NCBI RefSeq assembly: GCF_056712565.1
Contig: NZ_CM160072.1
Strand: one strand, 5' to 3'
Length of the DNA: 64,000 nt
Below are positions 42,655-55,123 of the stretch, one piece after another (the stretch's first letter is position 1; every line of letters begins with the position of its first letter). A model generated the notes under the pieces. The model searched no databases, had not been told where the DNA came from, and worked only from the letters and a program-made list of their open reading frames with translations. A program made the translations under genes and the position numbers.

Positions 42655-42699
42655 TCCGCCCACCCGACTGCCCATCTATTGATCCAGAACAGGTAATCA

Positions 42700-42727
42700 G
42701 TATGACGAATACTTAAAATCGTCATAC
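42700..42727 (+). promoter_or_regulatory. NikR operator (GTATGA-N16-TCATAC) in the nikA promoter
   Basis: Sequence gtatgacgaatacttaaaatcgtcatac has exact half-sites with 16-bp spacing, about 40 bp upstream of the nikA start. Confidence 0.8.
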
Positions 42728-42764
42728 TTATTTCCGCCATCTATTTTAATCCATTGGGGTTACC

Positions 42765-44339
42765 ATGTTCTCTACACTCCGCCGCACTCTATTTGCGCTG
42801 CTGGCTTGTGCGTCTTTTATCGTCCATGCCGCTGCACCAGATGAAATCACCACCGCCTGGCCGGTGAATGTCGGGCCACTAAACCCGCACCTTTACACGC
42901 CTAACCAAATGTTCGCCCAGAGCATGGTTTATGAACCGCTGGTGAAATATCAGGCAGACGGTTCGGTGATCCCGTGGCTGGCAAAAAGCTGGACTCATTC
43001 AGAAGATGGTAAAACCTGGACCTTCACCCTGCGTGATGACGTGAAATTCTCCAACGGCGAACCGTTTGATGCAGAGGCGGCGGCAGAAAACTTCCGTGCA
43101 GTGCTCGATAACCGTCAACGTCACGCCTGGCTGGAGCTGGCAAACCAGATTGTTGATGTCAAAGCACTCAGCAAAAACGAGCTGCAAATCACCCTGAAAA
43201 GCGCCTACTATCCTTTCCTGCAAGAACTGGCCCTGCCCCGTCCTTTCCGTTTTATCGCACCCTCGCAGTTTAAAAACCACGAAACCATGAACGGAATTAA
43301 AGCGCCGATTGGCACCGGGCCGTGGGTTTTACAGGAATCGAAACTGAATCAGTACGATGTCTTCGTCCGTAACGAAAACTACTGGGGCGAAAAGCCAGCG
43401 ATTAAAAAGATCACCTTTAACGTGATCCCGGACCCGACTACCCGCGCGGTGGCGTTTGAAACTGGCGATATCGACCTGCTGTACGGAAACGAAGGGTTAT
43501 TACCGCTCGATACCTTCGCCCGCTTTAGCCAGAACCCGGCTTACCACACTCAACTGTCACAGCCGATCGAAACCGTGATGCTGGCGCTCAATACCGCCAA
43601 AGCCCCCACCAACGAGCTGGCAGTACGTGAAGCTCTTAATTACGCGGTGAACAAAAAATCGCTGATTGATAACGCGTTGTATGGTACCCAGCAGGTCGCC
43701 GACACCCTGTTTGCCCCTTCTGTGCCCTACGCCAACCTCGGCCTGAAACCGCGCCAGTACGATCCGCAGAAAGCGAAAGCGTTGCTGGAAAAAGCCGGTT
43801 GGACGCTGCCTGCAGGCAAAGACATCCGCGAGAAAAATGGTCAGCCGCTGCGCATTGAACTGTCGTTCATCGGCACCGATGCGTTAAGCAAATCGATGGC
43901 GGAAATCATTCAGGCTGATATGCGCCAGATTGGCGCAGATGTCTCGCTGATTGGCGAAGAAGAGAGCAGTATCTATGCTCGTCAGCGCGACGGTCGTTTT
44001 GGCATGATTTTCCACCGCACCTGGGGCGCGCCATACGATCCACACGCCTTCCTGAGTTCAATGCGCGTACCGTCGCACGCTGACTTCCAGGCACAGCAAG
44101 GTTTAGCCGACAAGCCGCTGATTGATAAAGAGATCGGCGAAGTGCTGGCGACCCATGACGAAACGCAACGTCAGGCGCTGTATCGCGACATTCTGACCCG
44201 TCTGCATGACGAGGCGGTTTATCTGCCTATCAGTTACATCTCAATGATGGTGGTTTCAAAACCGGAACTGGGTAACATCCCCTACGCGCCGATCGCCACC
44301 GAAATCCCGTTCGAACAGATTAAACCGGTGAAACCTTAA
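42765..44339 (+). CDS. nikA: Periplasmic nickel-binding protein
   Basis: 524 aa with signal peptide; matches NikA. Confidence 0.95.
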   Translation: MFSTLRRTLFALLACASFIVHAAAPDEITTAWPVNVGPLNPHLYTPNQMFAQSMVYEPLVKYQADGSVIPWLAKSWTHSEDGKTWTFTLRDDVKFSNGEPFDAEAAAENFRAVLDNRQRHAWLELANQIVDVKALSKNELQITLKSAYYPFLQELALPRPFRFIAPSQFKNHETMNGIKAPIGTGPWVLQESKLNQYDVFVRNENYWGEKPAIKKITFNVIPDPTTRAVAFETGDIDLLYGNEGLLPLDTFARFSQNPAYHTQLSQPIETVMLALNTAKAPTNELAVREALNYAVNKKSLIDNALYGTQQVADTLFAPSVPYANLGLKPRQYDPQKAKALLEKAGWTLPAGKDIREKNGQPLRIELSFIGTDALSKSMAEIIQADMRQIGADVSLIGEEESSIYARQRDGRFGMIFHRTWGAPYDPHAFLSSMRVPSHADFQAQQGLADKPLIDKEIGEVLATHDETQRQALYRDILTRLHDEAVYLPISYISMMVVSKPELGNIPYAPIATEIPFEQIKPVKP

Positions 44340-45279
44340 TGTTGCGTTATGTATTACGCCGCTTTCTGCTGCTGATCCCGATGGTGCTCGCCGCCTCGGT
44401 GATCATTTTTTTGATGCTGCGCCTCGGCACCGGCGACCCGGCGCTTGATTATTTGCGTTTATCTAACCTGCCGCCGACGCCGGAGATGCTGGCCTCTACC
44501 CGCACCATGCTGGGGCTGGATCAGCCGCTGTATGTCCAGTACGGCACCTGGTTGTGGAAGGCGCTGCATCTTGACTTTGGTATCTCATTCGCCAGCCAAC
44601 GCCCGGTGCTGGACGATATGCTGAATTTCCTGCCCGCCACGCTGGAACTTGCAGGTGCGGCGCTGGTATTAATTCTGCTCACCTCCGTGCCGCTCGGTAT
44701 CTGGGCGGCGCGCCATCGCGATCGTCTGCCGGATTTCGCCGTCCGTTTCATCGCGTTTCTCGGCGTGTCGATGCCTAACTTCTGGCTGGCGTTTTTACTG
44801 GTGATGGCGTTTTCGGTGTATCTGCAATGGCTACCCGCGATGGGTTACGGCGGCTGGCAGCACATCATTTTGCCTGCGGTATCCATCGCCTTTATGTCGC
44901 TGGCGATTAACGCGCGTTTGCTGCGCGCCAGTATGCTGGGCGTCGCCGGTCAGCGTCACGTCACCTGGGCACGACTGCGTGGTCTGAGCGACAAACAGAC
45001 CGAACGCCGCCATATTCTGCGCAATGCCTCGCTGCCGATGATCACTGCCGTGGGGATGCACATTGGCGAACTGATTGGCGGGACGATGATTATCGAAAAC
45101 ATCTTTGCCTGGCCGGGCGTCGGGCGCTATGCGGTGTCGGCGATTTTTAACCGTGACTATCCGGTGATCCAATGCTTTACGCTGATGATGGTGGTGGTTT
45201 TTGTGGTCTGTAATTTGATTGTCGATTTGCTCAACGCCGCGCTGGACCCGCGTATTCGTCGTCATGAAGGAGCGCACGC

Positions 45280-45283
<4 letters not shown>
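44339..45283 (+). CDS. nikB: Nickel ABC transporter permease
   Basis: 314-aa membrane ORF; matches NikB. Confidence 0.9.
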
Positions 45284-48087
<2,804 letters not shown>

Positions 48088-48285
48088 CACCTCCCAACGC
48101 GCCGTTATTTCCTGACGGCGCAGTAGACTTCTGCCAAATATCGACTCACGTCACATTTTGTTGATCACGATTTGGTCCCCTAAAATGTGAGACGCTTCGA
48201 TCCTCTTTTTCGCCTGTTCACCTACTATACGCTTGAAGTTGTCCATGATTGTCCATAGACAACTGTAAATGTTCAGGTGCGCGCC

Positions 48286-49032
48286 ATGAAATCATTGAGT
48301 AAGTCGTCACAAATACCGCTCTATCAACAAGCGGTGGAGTGGATAAGAGAAAGTATTTATACCGGGGATCTGGTGGAAGACGATCGCATTCCTTCGGAAT
48401 ACCAGATTATGGATATGCTGGAAGTGAGCCGGGGAACCGTTAAAAAAGCGGTCGCCCAACTGGTAAAAGAAGGCGTGTTGATACAGGTCCAGGGGAAGGG
48501 AACATTTGTCAAAAAAGAGAACGTGGCATATCCGTTAGGTGAAGGATTATTGTCATTCGCGGAATCGCTGGAAAGCCAGAAAATACATTTTACCACTGAA
48601 GTTATTACGTCACGGATTGAACCGGCTAATCGTTATGTGGCAGAGAAATTAAGAATAACGCCCGGTCAGGATATTCTTTACCTTGAGCGTTTACGTTCAA
48701 TTGGTGATGAAAAAGCGATGCTGATAGAGAACCGTATCAATATTGAGCTATGCCCCGGCATCGTGGAAATCGATTTTAATCAACACAATTTATTTCCAAC
48801 AATAGAAAGTTTGTCGCAAAGAAAAATTCGTTACTCGGAAAGTCGCTATGCCGCGCGATTAATTGGTAATGAACGCGGTCATTTTTTAGATATCAGTGAA
48901 GATGCACCCGTTTTGCATCTGGAGCAGTTAGTCTTTTTCTCCCGAGGATTACCCGTTGAGTTTGGCAACGTCTGGTTAAAAGGAAATAAATACTATCTTG
49001 GCACCGTGCTGCAACGGCGGGAAGTGAGTTAA
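48286..49032 (+). CDS. GntR/HutC-family transcriptional regulator (accessory island)
   Basis: About 248 aa; N-terminal winged HTH (YQIMDMLEVSRGTVKKAVAQLVKEGVLIQVQGKGTFV) and C-terminal UTRA-like domain. The ORF track offers a GTG at 48277. Confidence 0.75.
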   Translation: MKSLSKSSQIPLYQQAVEWIRESIYTGDLVEDDRIPSEYQIMDMLEVSRGTVKKAVAQLVKEGVLIQVQGKGTFVKKENVAYPLGEGLLSFAESLESQKIHFTTEVITSRIEPANRYVAEKLRITPGQDILYLERLRSIGDEKAMLIENRINIELCPGIVEIDFNQHNLFPTIESLSQRKIRYSESRYAARLIGNERGHFLDISEDAPVLHLEQLVFFSRGLPVEFGNVWLKGNKYYLGTVLQRREVS

Positions 49033-49056
49033 GTACACTTTTTTAAGAGGAATAAA

Positions 49057-49530
49057 ATGCAAGGCATACAGTTTCAGGAAAATTTTATTCAACGACTTCC
49101 GGCAGGGTTAAGCGTTGAACAGATCATCCATCAGTTAGCGCAACCGTTGGTTACCGCCGAACTGGTGGTCCCTGATTTTGCCGATCATGTACTGGAACGT
49201 GAGGCGACGTACCCAACGGGACTGCCTACCGAACCACCGTGTGTCGCCATTCCGCACACGGACCATAAACATGTCAGGCACAATGCAATTGCCGTCGGTA
49301 TCCTGCCGGAACCGGTAGTGTTTGCCGATATGGGCGGCGACTCTGATCCCGTACCTGTCAGGGTGATTTTTTTGCTCGCCTTAGGCGAAAGTAATAAACA
49401 ATTAAATGCCCTGGGCTGGATTATGGAGATGATTCAGGATACGCCCTTTATGCGCGCCCTGCTTACGATGGAAACAACAGAAATACACACAGCAATCTTA
49501 AACAAAATGAAAGAACGAGGTGAAATATGA
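49057..49530 (+). CDS. PTS EIIA component, fructose/mannitol/galactitol/ascorbate-type (PTS_EIIA_2)
   Basis: 157 aa; size and position immediately before EIIB and EIIC fit a GatA/UlaC-like IIA. Confidence 0.65.
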   Translation: MQGIQFQENFIQRLPAGLSVEQIIHQLAQPLVTAELVVPDFADHVLEREATYPTGLPTEPPCVAIPHTDHKHVRHNAIAVGILPEPVVFADMGGDSDPVPVRVIFLLALGESNKQLNALGWIMEMIQDTPFMRALLTMETTEIHTAILNKMKERGEI

Positions 49531-49808
49531 GTCAAACCATTTTATTTGTCTGCGCCACGGGTATTGCCACATCCACGGCAGTAACAGAAAAAGTCATGGA
49601 ATATTGTAAAGAGCACGGTCTTAACGTCAATTATTCCCAAACCAACGTTGCCTCTTTACCTGGAAATACTGACGGCGTAGCACTGGTAGTCTCAACGACT
49701 AAAGTGCCTTATGAACTCGACGTCCCGGTGGTTAACGGCTTGCCGATTATTACCGGTATTGGCGAAGAGAAAGTACTGGCGCAAATTGTTTCGATCCTTA
49801 AAAAGTAA
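49527..49808 (+). CDS. PTS EIIB component, GatB/UlaB-like
   Basis: 93 aa; N-terminal phospho-cysteine motif ILFVCATGIATS (Cys about position 9); ATGA overlap with the IIA gene. Confidence 0.75.
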   Translation: MSQTILFVCATGIATSTAVTEKVMEYCKEHGLNVNYSQTNVASLPGNTDGVALVVSTTKVPYELDVPVVNGLPIITGIGEEKVLAQIVSILKK

Positions 49809-49884
49809 TTAATAATAATTAATTTCAACCCACTCCATCAGGCGCTAACGCGAGGTGCGCTCTCGCCTGAAAAAGAGGTTTATT

Positions 49885-51243
49885 ATGAACGATATCGCGC
49901 ATACCCTCTATAATATTGTGCAATATATATTGGGATTTGGTCCCACGGTAATGTTGCCGTTGGTGTTATTTATTCTTGCTCTCTTTTTTAAAGTAAAACC
50001 CGCTAAAGCCTTACGTTCGTCATTAACGGTCGGCATTGGTTTTGTCGGTATTTATGCCATTTTCGATATTCTTACCAGCAATGTCGGGCCAGCGGCCCAG
50101 GCGATGGTTGAACGCACCGGAATTAATTTACCGGTGGTGGATTTAGGCTGGCCGCCGCTTTCCGCTATTACATGGGGTTCGCCAATTGCCCCGTTTGTTA
50201 TTCCCCTGACTATTCTGATTAACGTGGCGATGCTGGCGTTAAATAAAACCCGCACCGTTGACGTAGATATGTGGAACTACTGGCATTTTGCCCTTGCCGG
50301 TACGCTGGTTTATTACAGCACCGGCAGCCTGTTCTTTGGTTTGCTGGCAGCGGCGATTGCTGCGGTGGTAGTACTTAAACTCGCCGACTGGTCTGCGCCA
50401 CTGGTACAAAAATACTTTGGCCTGGAAGGGATCTCTTTGCCGACGCTCTCTTCGGTGGTGTTCTTTCCGGTCGGTCTGTTGGTCGACAAAATCATCGACC
50501 ATATCCCCGGCCTCAATCGTATTCATATCGATCCGGAAACCGTACAGAAAAAGTTTGGCATATTCGGCGAACCGATGATGGTTGGTACTATTCTGGGCAT
50601 TCTGCTCGGCGTAATTGCCGGATACGATTTCAAAAAAGTCTTGCTGCTTGGCATCAGCATTGGCGGTGTGATGTTCATCCTGCCACGCATGGTTCGCATT
50701 CTGATGGAAGGTTTATTACCGCTGTCTGAAGCCATTAAAAAGTATCTCAATGCCAAATACCCTGACCGTGACGATCTCTATATCGGCCTGGATATCGCCG
50801 TTGCCGTAGGTAACCCGGCGATTATCTCCACCGCCCTGCTGCTGACGCCAATCTCGGTCTTTATCGCGTTTGTCCTTCCGGGTAATGAAGTCCTGCCGCT
50901 TGGGGACCTTGCCAACCTGGCGGTAATGGCGTCGATGATTGCTTTAGCCAGCCGTGGCAACATTTTCCGCACCGTTCTGGCGGCGATTCCGGTGATTATT
51001 GCCGATCTGTGGATTGCGACTAAAATCGCGCCGTTTATTACCGGAATGGCGAAAGACGTTAATTTCAAATTTGCCGAAGGCTCCAGCGGCCAGGTCTCCA
51101 GTTTCCTTGATGGCGGTAACCCGTTCCGCTTCTGGCTGCTGGAAATCTTCAACGGCAATCTCATCGCCATTGGTCTGGTGCCGGTTATCGCCCTGGTACT
51201 GTATGGTATTTTCCGAATGACGCGGAGCACGGTTTATGCCTGA
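49885..51243 (+). CDS. PTS EIIC permease, galactitol/ascorbate-type
   Basis: About 452-aa polytopic membrane protein; ATG at 49885 preceded by RBS AAGAGG. The ORF track start at 49855 is an extension. Confidence 0.75.
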   Translation: MNDIAHTLYNIVQYILGFGPTVMLPLVLFILALFFKVKPAKALRSSLTVGIGFVGIYAIFDILTSNVGPAAQAMVERTGINLPVVDLGWPPLSAITWGSPIAPFVIPLTILINVAMLALNKTRTVDVDMWNYWHFALAGTLVYYSTGSLFFGLLAAAIAAVVVLKLADWSAPLVQKYFGLEGISLPTLSSVVFFPVGLLVDKIIDHIPGLNRIHIDPETVQKKFGIFGEPMMVGTILGILLGVIAGYDFKKVLLLGISIGGVMFILPRMVRILMEGLLPLSEAIKKYLNAKYPDRDDLYIGLDIAVAVGNPAIISTALLLTPISVFIAFVLPGNEVLPLGDLANLAVMASMIALASRGNIFRTVLAAIPVIIADLWIATKIAPFITGMAKDVNFKFAEGSSGQVSSFLDGGNPFRFWLLEIFNGNLIAIGLVPVIALVLYGIFRMTRSTVYA

Positions 51244-52744
51244 TAACAGCGCAGCTATCGTTATCGATATTGGCACCACCAATTGCAAAGTCACCTGCTT
51301 TTCCTGCCTGGACGCAACGACGTTGGGCGCGCATAAATTCGTGACGGCAAAACAGATCTCCCCACAGGGCAATGTCGATTTCGATATCGACGCCCTCTGG
51401 CAGGAGGTCCGCCAGGCGATAGCGCAACTGAACGCCGCTTCGCCGCTGCCAGTCAGGCGGATCAGCATTGCCAGTTTTGGCGAGTCAGGGGTGTTTCTTG
51501 ACAAACATGGCGAGATTCTGACGCCAATGCTGGCATGGTATGACCGTCGCGGTGAAGAGTATCTGGCAACGCTTAGCGAGGCAGACAGTGCGGCACTTTA
51601 TGACATTTGCGGGTTACCACTGCACAGCAATTACTCTGCCTTCAAAATGCGTTGGTTGCTGGAGCATTATCCGCTGCGCAATCGTCGCGGCCTGCGCTGG
51701 CTACATGCACCGGAAGTGCTGCTCTGGCGGCTGACTGGCGAACAGCGAACGGATATCACCTTAGCCAGCCGTACACTGTGTCTGGACGTGCGCAAAGGCG
51801 AATGGTCAGCGAAAGCGGCGGCGTTGTTACACGTTCCCTGTTCAGCATTTGCGCCATTGTTGCAGCCAGGTGAGCACGCCGGATGGGTCAGTGAGTCGCT
51901 CTGCAAAACGCTTGGGTTCTCGCAATCGGTCAGCGTGACGCTGGCCGGACATGACCATATGGTGGGTGCGCGGGCGTTGCAGATGATGCCGGGCGATATC
52001 CTTAACTCGACGGGCACCACGGAAGGCATTCTGCAACTGGATACACAACCGACGCTGGATGAACAGGCCAAACGTGACAAGCTGGCAAACGGCTGTTACT
52101 CGCTTGCCAACCAGTTCACCCTGTTTGCTTCTCTGCCCGTGGGCGGTTTCGCGCTGGAGTGGCTGCGTAACACGTTCCGGCTAACCGATGAGGAGATCGC
52201 CGTGTCGCTCAATCGTGGGTATGCGGATTACCTGGCGGGGAACTGGTCGCTCGATGACATTCCCGTTTTTATTCCGCATCTTCGCGGTTCGGGTTCGCCC
52301 TATAAAAATCGCCATACCCGAGGATTATTTTATGGGCTTGGCGATACGTTAAATATCGATATGTTAATTGCCAGCGTCTCACTGGGATTAACCATGGAAT
52401 TTGCCAACTGCTTCGCCTGTTTTAATGTGCCCGGCACCAGCGCGTTAAAAGTGATAGGTCCGGCAACCCATAATCCCCTTTGGCTGCAATTAAAGGCGGA
52501 TATTTTACAGCGTCCGGTTGAAGCAATTGCATTTAACGAGGCGGTTTCTGTCGGAGCATTATTAACCGCCGCACCGGATATTCCACCGCCGCAAGTCACC
52601 ATAGCCCAACGTTTGTTACCGAATCGGGCGAGATACCATCAATTACAGCGTTATCAGCACAAATGGAAAAGCTGGTATCAGTTGAAATTACAGCAAGAAG
52701 GCGTGATGCCATTACATCATCGGGAGGAGCACTATGTTGAGTAA
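51236..52744 (+). CDS. FGGY-family carbohydrate kinase
   Basis: 502 aa; N-terminal FGGY motif AIVIDIGTTNCKV; 8-bp overlap with the IIC gene. Confidence 0.75.
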   Translation: MPDNSAAIVIDIGTTNCKVTCFSCLDATTLGAHKFVTAKQISPQGNVDFDIDALWQEVRQAIAQLNAASPLPVRRISIASFGESGVFLDKHGEILTPMLAWYDRRGEEYLATLSEADSAALYDICGLPLHSNYSAFKMRWLLEHYPLRNRRGLRWLHAPEVLLWRLTGEQRTDITLASRTLCLDVRKGEWSAKAAALLHVPCSAFAPLLQPGEHAGWVSESLCKTLGFSQSVSVTLAGHDHMVGARALQMMPGDILNSTGTTEGILQLDTQPTLDEQAKRDKLANGCYSLANQFTLFASLPVGGFALEWLRNTFRLTDEEIAVSLNRGYADYLAGNWSLDDIPVFIPHLRGSGSPYKNRHTRGLFYGLGDTLNIDMLIASVSLGLTMEFANCFACFNVPGTSALKVIGPATHNPLWLQLKADILQRPVEAIAFNEAVSVGALLTAAPDIPPPQVTIAQRLLPNRARYHQLQRYQHKWKSWYQLKLQQEGVMPLHHREEHYVE

Positions 52745-53003
52745 AACCGTGGAAGTCAGAAACAGTACTGGCCTGCATGCACGTCCGGCGGCCTGTCTGG
52801 CGAAAGCCGCCAAAAAATATAGCTGTAAAGTGACGCTGCACTATGAAGGTAATGATATTAATGCCACCAGCATGATGAATATTATGCGCGCCGGAATAAA
52901 AGGCGGAAAAACGGTGGAAATACGCTGCGAAGGTGATGATGAAAACGAGGCAATACAAACTCTCACTACCTTATTTCGCGACCGCTTCGGTGAAGCTGAA
53001 TAA
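52734..53003 (+). CDS. HPr-family phosphocarrier protein paralogue
   Basis: 89 aa; active-site motif GLHARPA (His-15 equivalent) and a Ser-46-like region (ATSMMNIM). Confidence 0.8.
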   Translation: MLSKTVEVRNSTGLHARPAACLAKAAKKYSCKVTLHYEGNDINATSMMNIMRAGIKGGKTVEIRCEGDDENEAIQTLTTLFRDRFGEAE

Positions 53004-53034
53004 TTAACTGATATTAAAAGATGAGGTTTTCAAT

Positions 53035-53886
53035 ATGCCATTAGTTAATGGACGGATACTGCTCGACCGCATTCAGGAAAAACGGGTATTAGCGGGCGCA
53101 TTTAATACCACCAATCTGGAGACAACGATTTCAATTTTAAACGCCATTGAGCGTTCAGGATTACCCAACTTCATTCAGATTGCGCCCACCAATGCACAAC
53201 TGTCGGGATACGATTACATTTATGAAATCGTGAAACGTCACGCTGATAAAATGGATGTTCCGGTCAGTCTTCATCTTGATCACGGGAAAACTCAGGAGGA
53301 TGTTAAACAGGCGGTGCGCGCGGGCTTTACCTCGGTCATGATTGACGGTGCCGCATTCTCTTTTGAAGAGAATATCGCTTTCACCCAGGAAGCTGTCGAT
53401 TTCTGTAAATCCTATGGCGTACCGGTTGAAGCGGAGCTGGGGGCGATTCTCGGCAAAGAAGACGATCACGTCAGCGAAGCCGATTGCAAAACGGAACCGG
53501 AAAAGGTGAAGACCTTTGTCGAACGCACCGGTTGCGACATGCTGGCAGTTTCTATTGGTAACGTTCATGGCCTGGACGATATACCGCGGATCGATATCCC
53601 CCTGCTGAAGCGCATTGCCGAAGTCAGCCCGGTGCCGCTGGTTATTCACGGCGGCTCCGGTATCGCCCCGGAGATATTACGCAGTTTCGTTAATTATCGC
53701 GTCGCTAAAGTGAATATCGCCAGCGATCTGCGCAAAGCGTTTATCACCGCAGTCGGCAAAGCGTATGTGAATAATCACAACGAGGCGAATCTGGCACGGG
53801 TGATGGCATCAGCAAAAAACGCCGTCGAGGAAGATGTGTATAGCAAAATCCTGATGATGAATGAGGGGCATCGGTTGGGTAAGTAA
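53035..53886 (+). CDS. Class II (metal-dependent) ketose-bisphosphate aldolase, GatY/KbaY/FbaA family
   Basis: 283 aa; motifs LHLDHG, VIHGGSG and overall resemblance to tagatose-1,6-bisphosphate aldolases. Confidence 0.8.
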   Translation: MPLVNGRILLDRIQEKRVLAGAFNTTNLETTISILNAIERSGLPNFIQIAPTNAQLSGYDYIYEIVKRHADKMDVPVSLHLDHGKTQEDVKQAVRAGFTSVMIDGAAFSFEENIAFTQEAVDFCKSYGVPVEAELGAILGKEDDHVSEADCKTEPEKVKTFVERTGCDMLAVSIGNVHGLDDIPRIDIPLLKRIAEVSPVPLVIHGGSGIAPEILRSFVNYRVAKVNIASDLRKAFITAVGKAYVNNHNEANLARVMASAKNAVEEDVYSKILMMNEGHRLGK

Positions 53887-53891
53887 ATCTT

Positions 53892-53926
53892 CGCCGGATG
53901 CGGCGTGACGCCTTATCCGGCCTACA
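53892..53926. repeat. REP element at the right edge of the nikR-yhhJ island
   Basis: Sequence gccggatgcggcgtgacgccttatccggcctaca. Confidence 0.7.
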
Positions 53927-53995
53927 AAACCACTAAAATTCAATAAATTGCACCAATGCGTAGACCCTATAAGCTTACGCATCGGGCAACTGTAA

Positions 53996-55123
53996 TTACG
54001 CCATTGTCCCAATTGTCTTCCTGAATCTCAGCAGTGCGATGGTGAAAAACGCGCCGCCAATTGCCATCAGTGTCAGGAACTGCGGCCAGACGATTTCGAA
54101 TCCGGCACCACGGTAGAGGATGGCCTGCGCGAGGCTAACAAAGTGTGTCGTCGGCATGGTCAGCATAATGTCCTGCACCATCTGCGGCATACTTTCGCGC
54201 GGCGTGGAACCACCGGAAAGCATTTGCAGCGGCAGCAGCACCAGAATCACCAGCAGCCCCAGTTGCGGCATTGAACGCGCTATCGTCCCCATAAAAATGC
54301 CGATTGACGTGGTGGCAAACAAACTGAGCGCCACGCCCAGCATAAACAGCGGGATCGAGCCTTCAATCGGTACGCCCAGCACGCCTTTCACCATCAGCAC
54401 CAGCGATAATCCCGACACCACCAGCACCACCAGCCCCATCGACCAGACCTTTGCCATCATGATCTCAAACGGCGTTATCGGCATCACCAGTAAGTGTTCC
54501 ACCGTGCCGTGTTCACGCTCGCGGATCAGTGCCGATCCGGTCAACACAATCGCCAGCATGGTAATGTTGTTGATGATCGCCATCACCCCGCCAAACCACG
54601 CGGGATCGAGGTTCGGGTTAAAGCGCATCCGGGTTTCCAGCGATACCAACGGTTCGCTGTTATCACGGTAGCGCGCGACAAAGCTGTTCACTTCACCGTT
54701 GATAATATTCTGGATATAACCGTTGCCAGTGAATGCCTGGCTCATGCGCGTGGCATCGACGTTCACCTGAATATCCGGCTGGCGTCCGGCGAGGACATCA
54801 CGCTGAAAATTAGGCGGAATATTTATCGCGAAGGTATAACGTCCGGCGTCCAGTCCGGCATCCATCTCATCGGCGGTGATCATCTCCGGTGGCAAAAACC
54901 ACGGGCGATAGAAGCTGTTAACGATCCGGTTCGACAACTGCGATTGATCCATATCGGCTATGGCGATCGGCGCGAGGTTCAACGATCCTGGCGTAACGGT
55001 CGCTGACGAATACACCGACACCGTAAACGAGAAGACAATCAGCGTCAGCATCGCTTTATCACCGAGCAGACTGCGCAACTCTTTGATACCCAGATTAAAA
55101 ATATTGCGTAAATGGCGCATCAT
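53996..55123 (-). CDS. yhhJ: ABC-2 family transporter permease
   Basis: Likely native start MMRHLRNIF gives about 375 aa, overlapping the rbbA stop by 4 bp. The ORF track start at 55204 is an extension. Confidence 0.8.
   Translation of the reverse strand: MMRHLRNIFNLGIKELRSLLGDKAMLTLIVFSFTVSVYSSATVTPGSLNLAPIAIADMDQSQLSNRIVNSFYRPWFLPPEMITADEMDAGLDAGRYTFAINIPPNFQRDVLAGRQPDIQVNVDATRMSQAFTGNGYIQNIINGEVNSFVARYRDNSEPLVSLETRMRFNPNLDPAWFGGVMAIINNITMLAIVLTGSALIREREHGTVEHLLVMPITPFEIMMAKVWSMGLVVLVVSGLSLVLMVKGVLGVPIEGSIPLFMLGVALSLFATTSIGIFMGTIARSMPQLGLLVILVLLPLQMLSGGSTPRESMPQMVQDIMLTMPTTHFVSLAQAILYRGAGFEIVWPQFLTLMAIGGAFFTIALLRFRKTIGTMA

Noticed and set aside
42681-42695. Possible FNR site ttgatccagaacag upstream of nikA
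   Set aside because: Only the left half-site matches TTGAT-N4-ATCAA; the right half is poor. nikA is known to be FNR-dependent, but I cannot place the site confidently.
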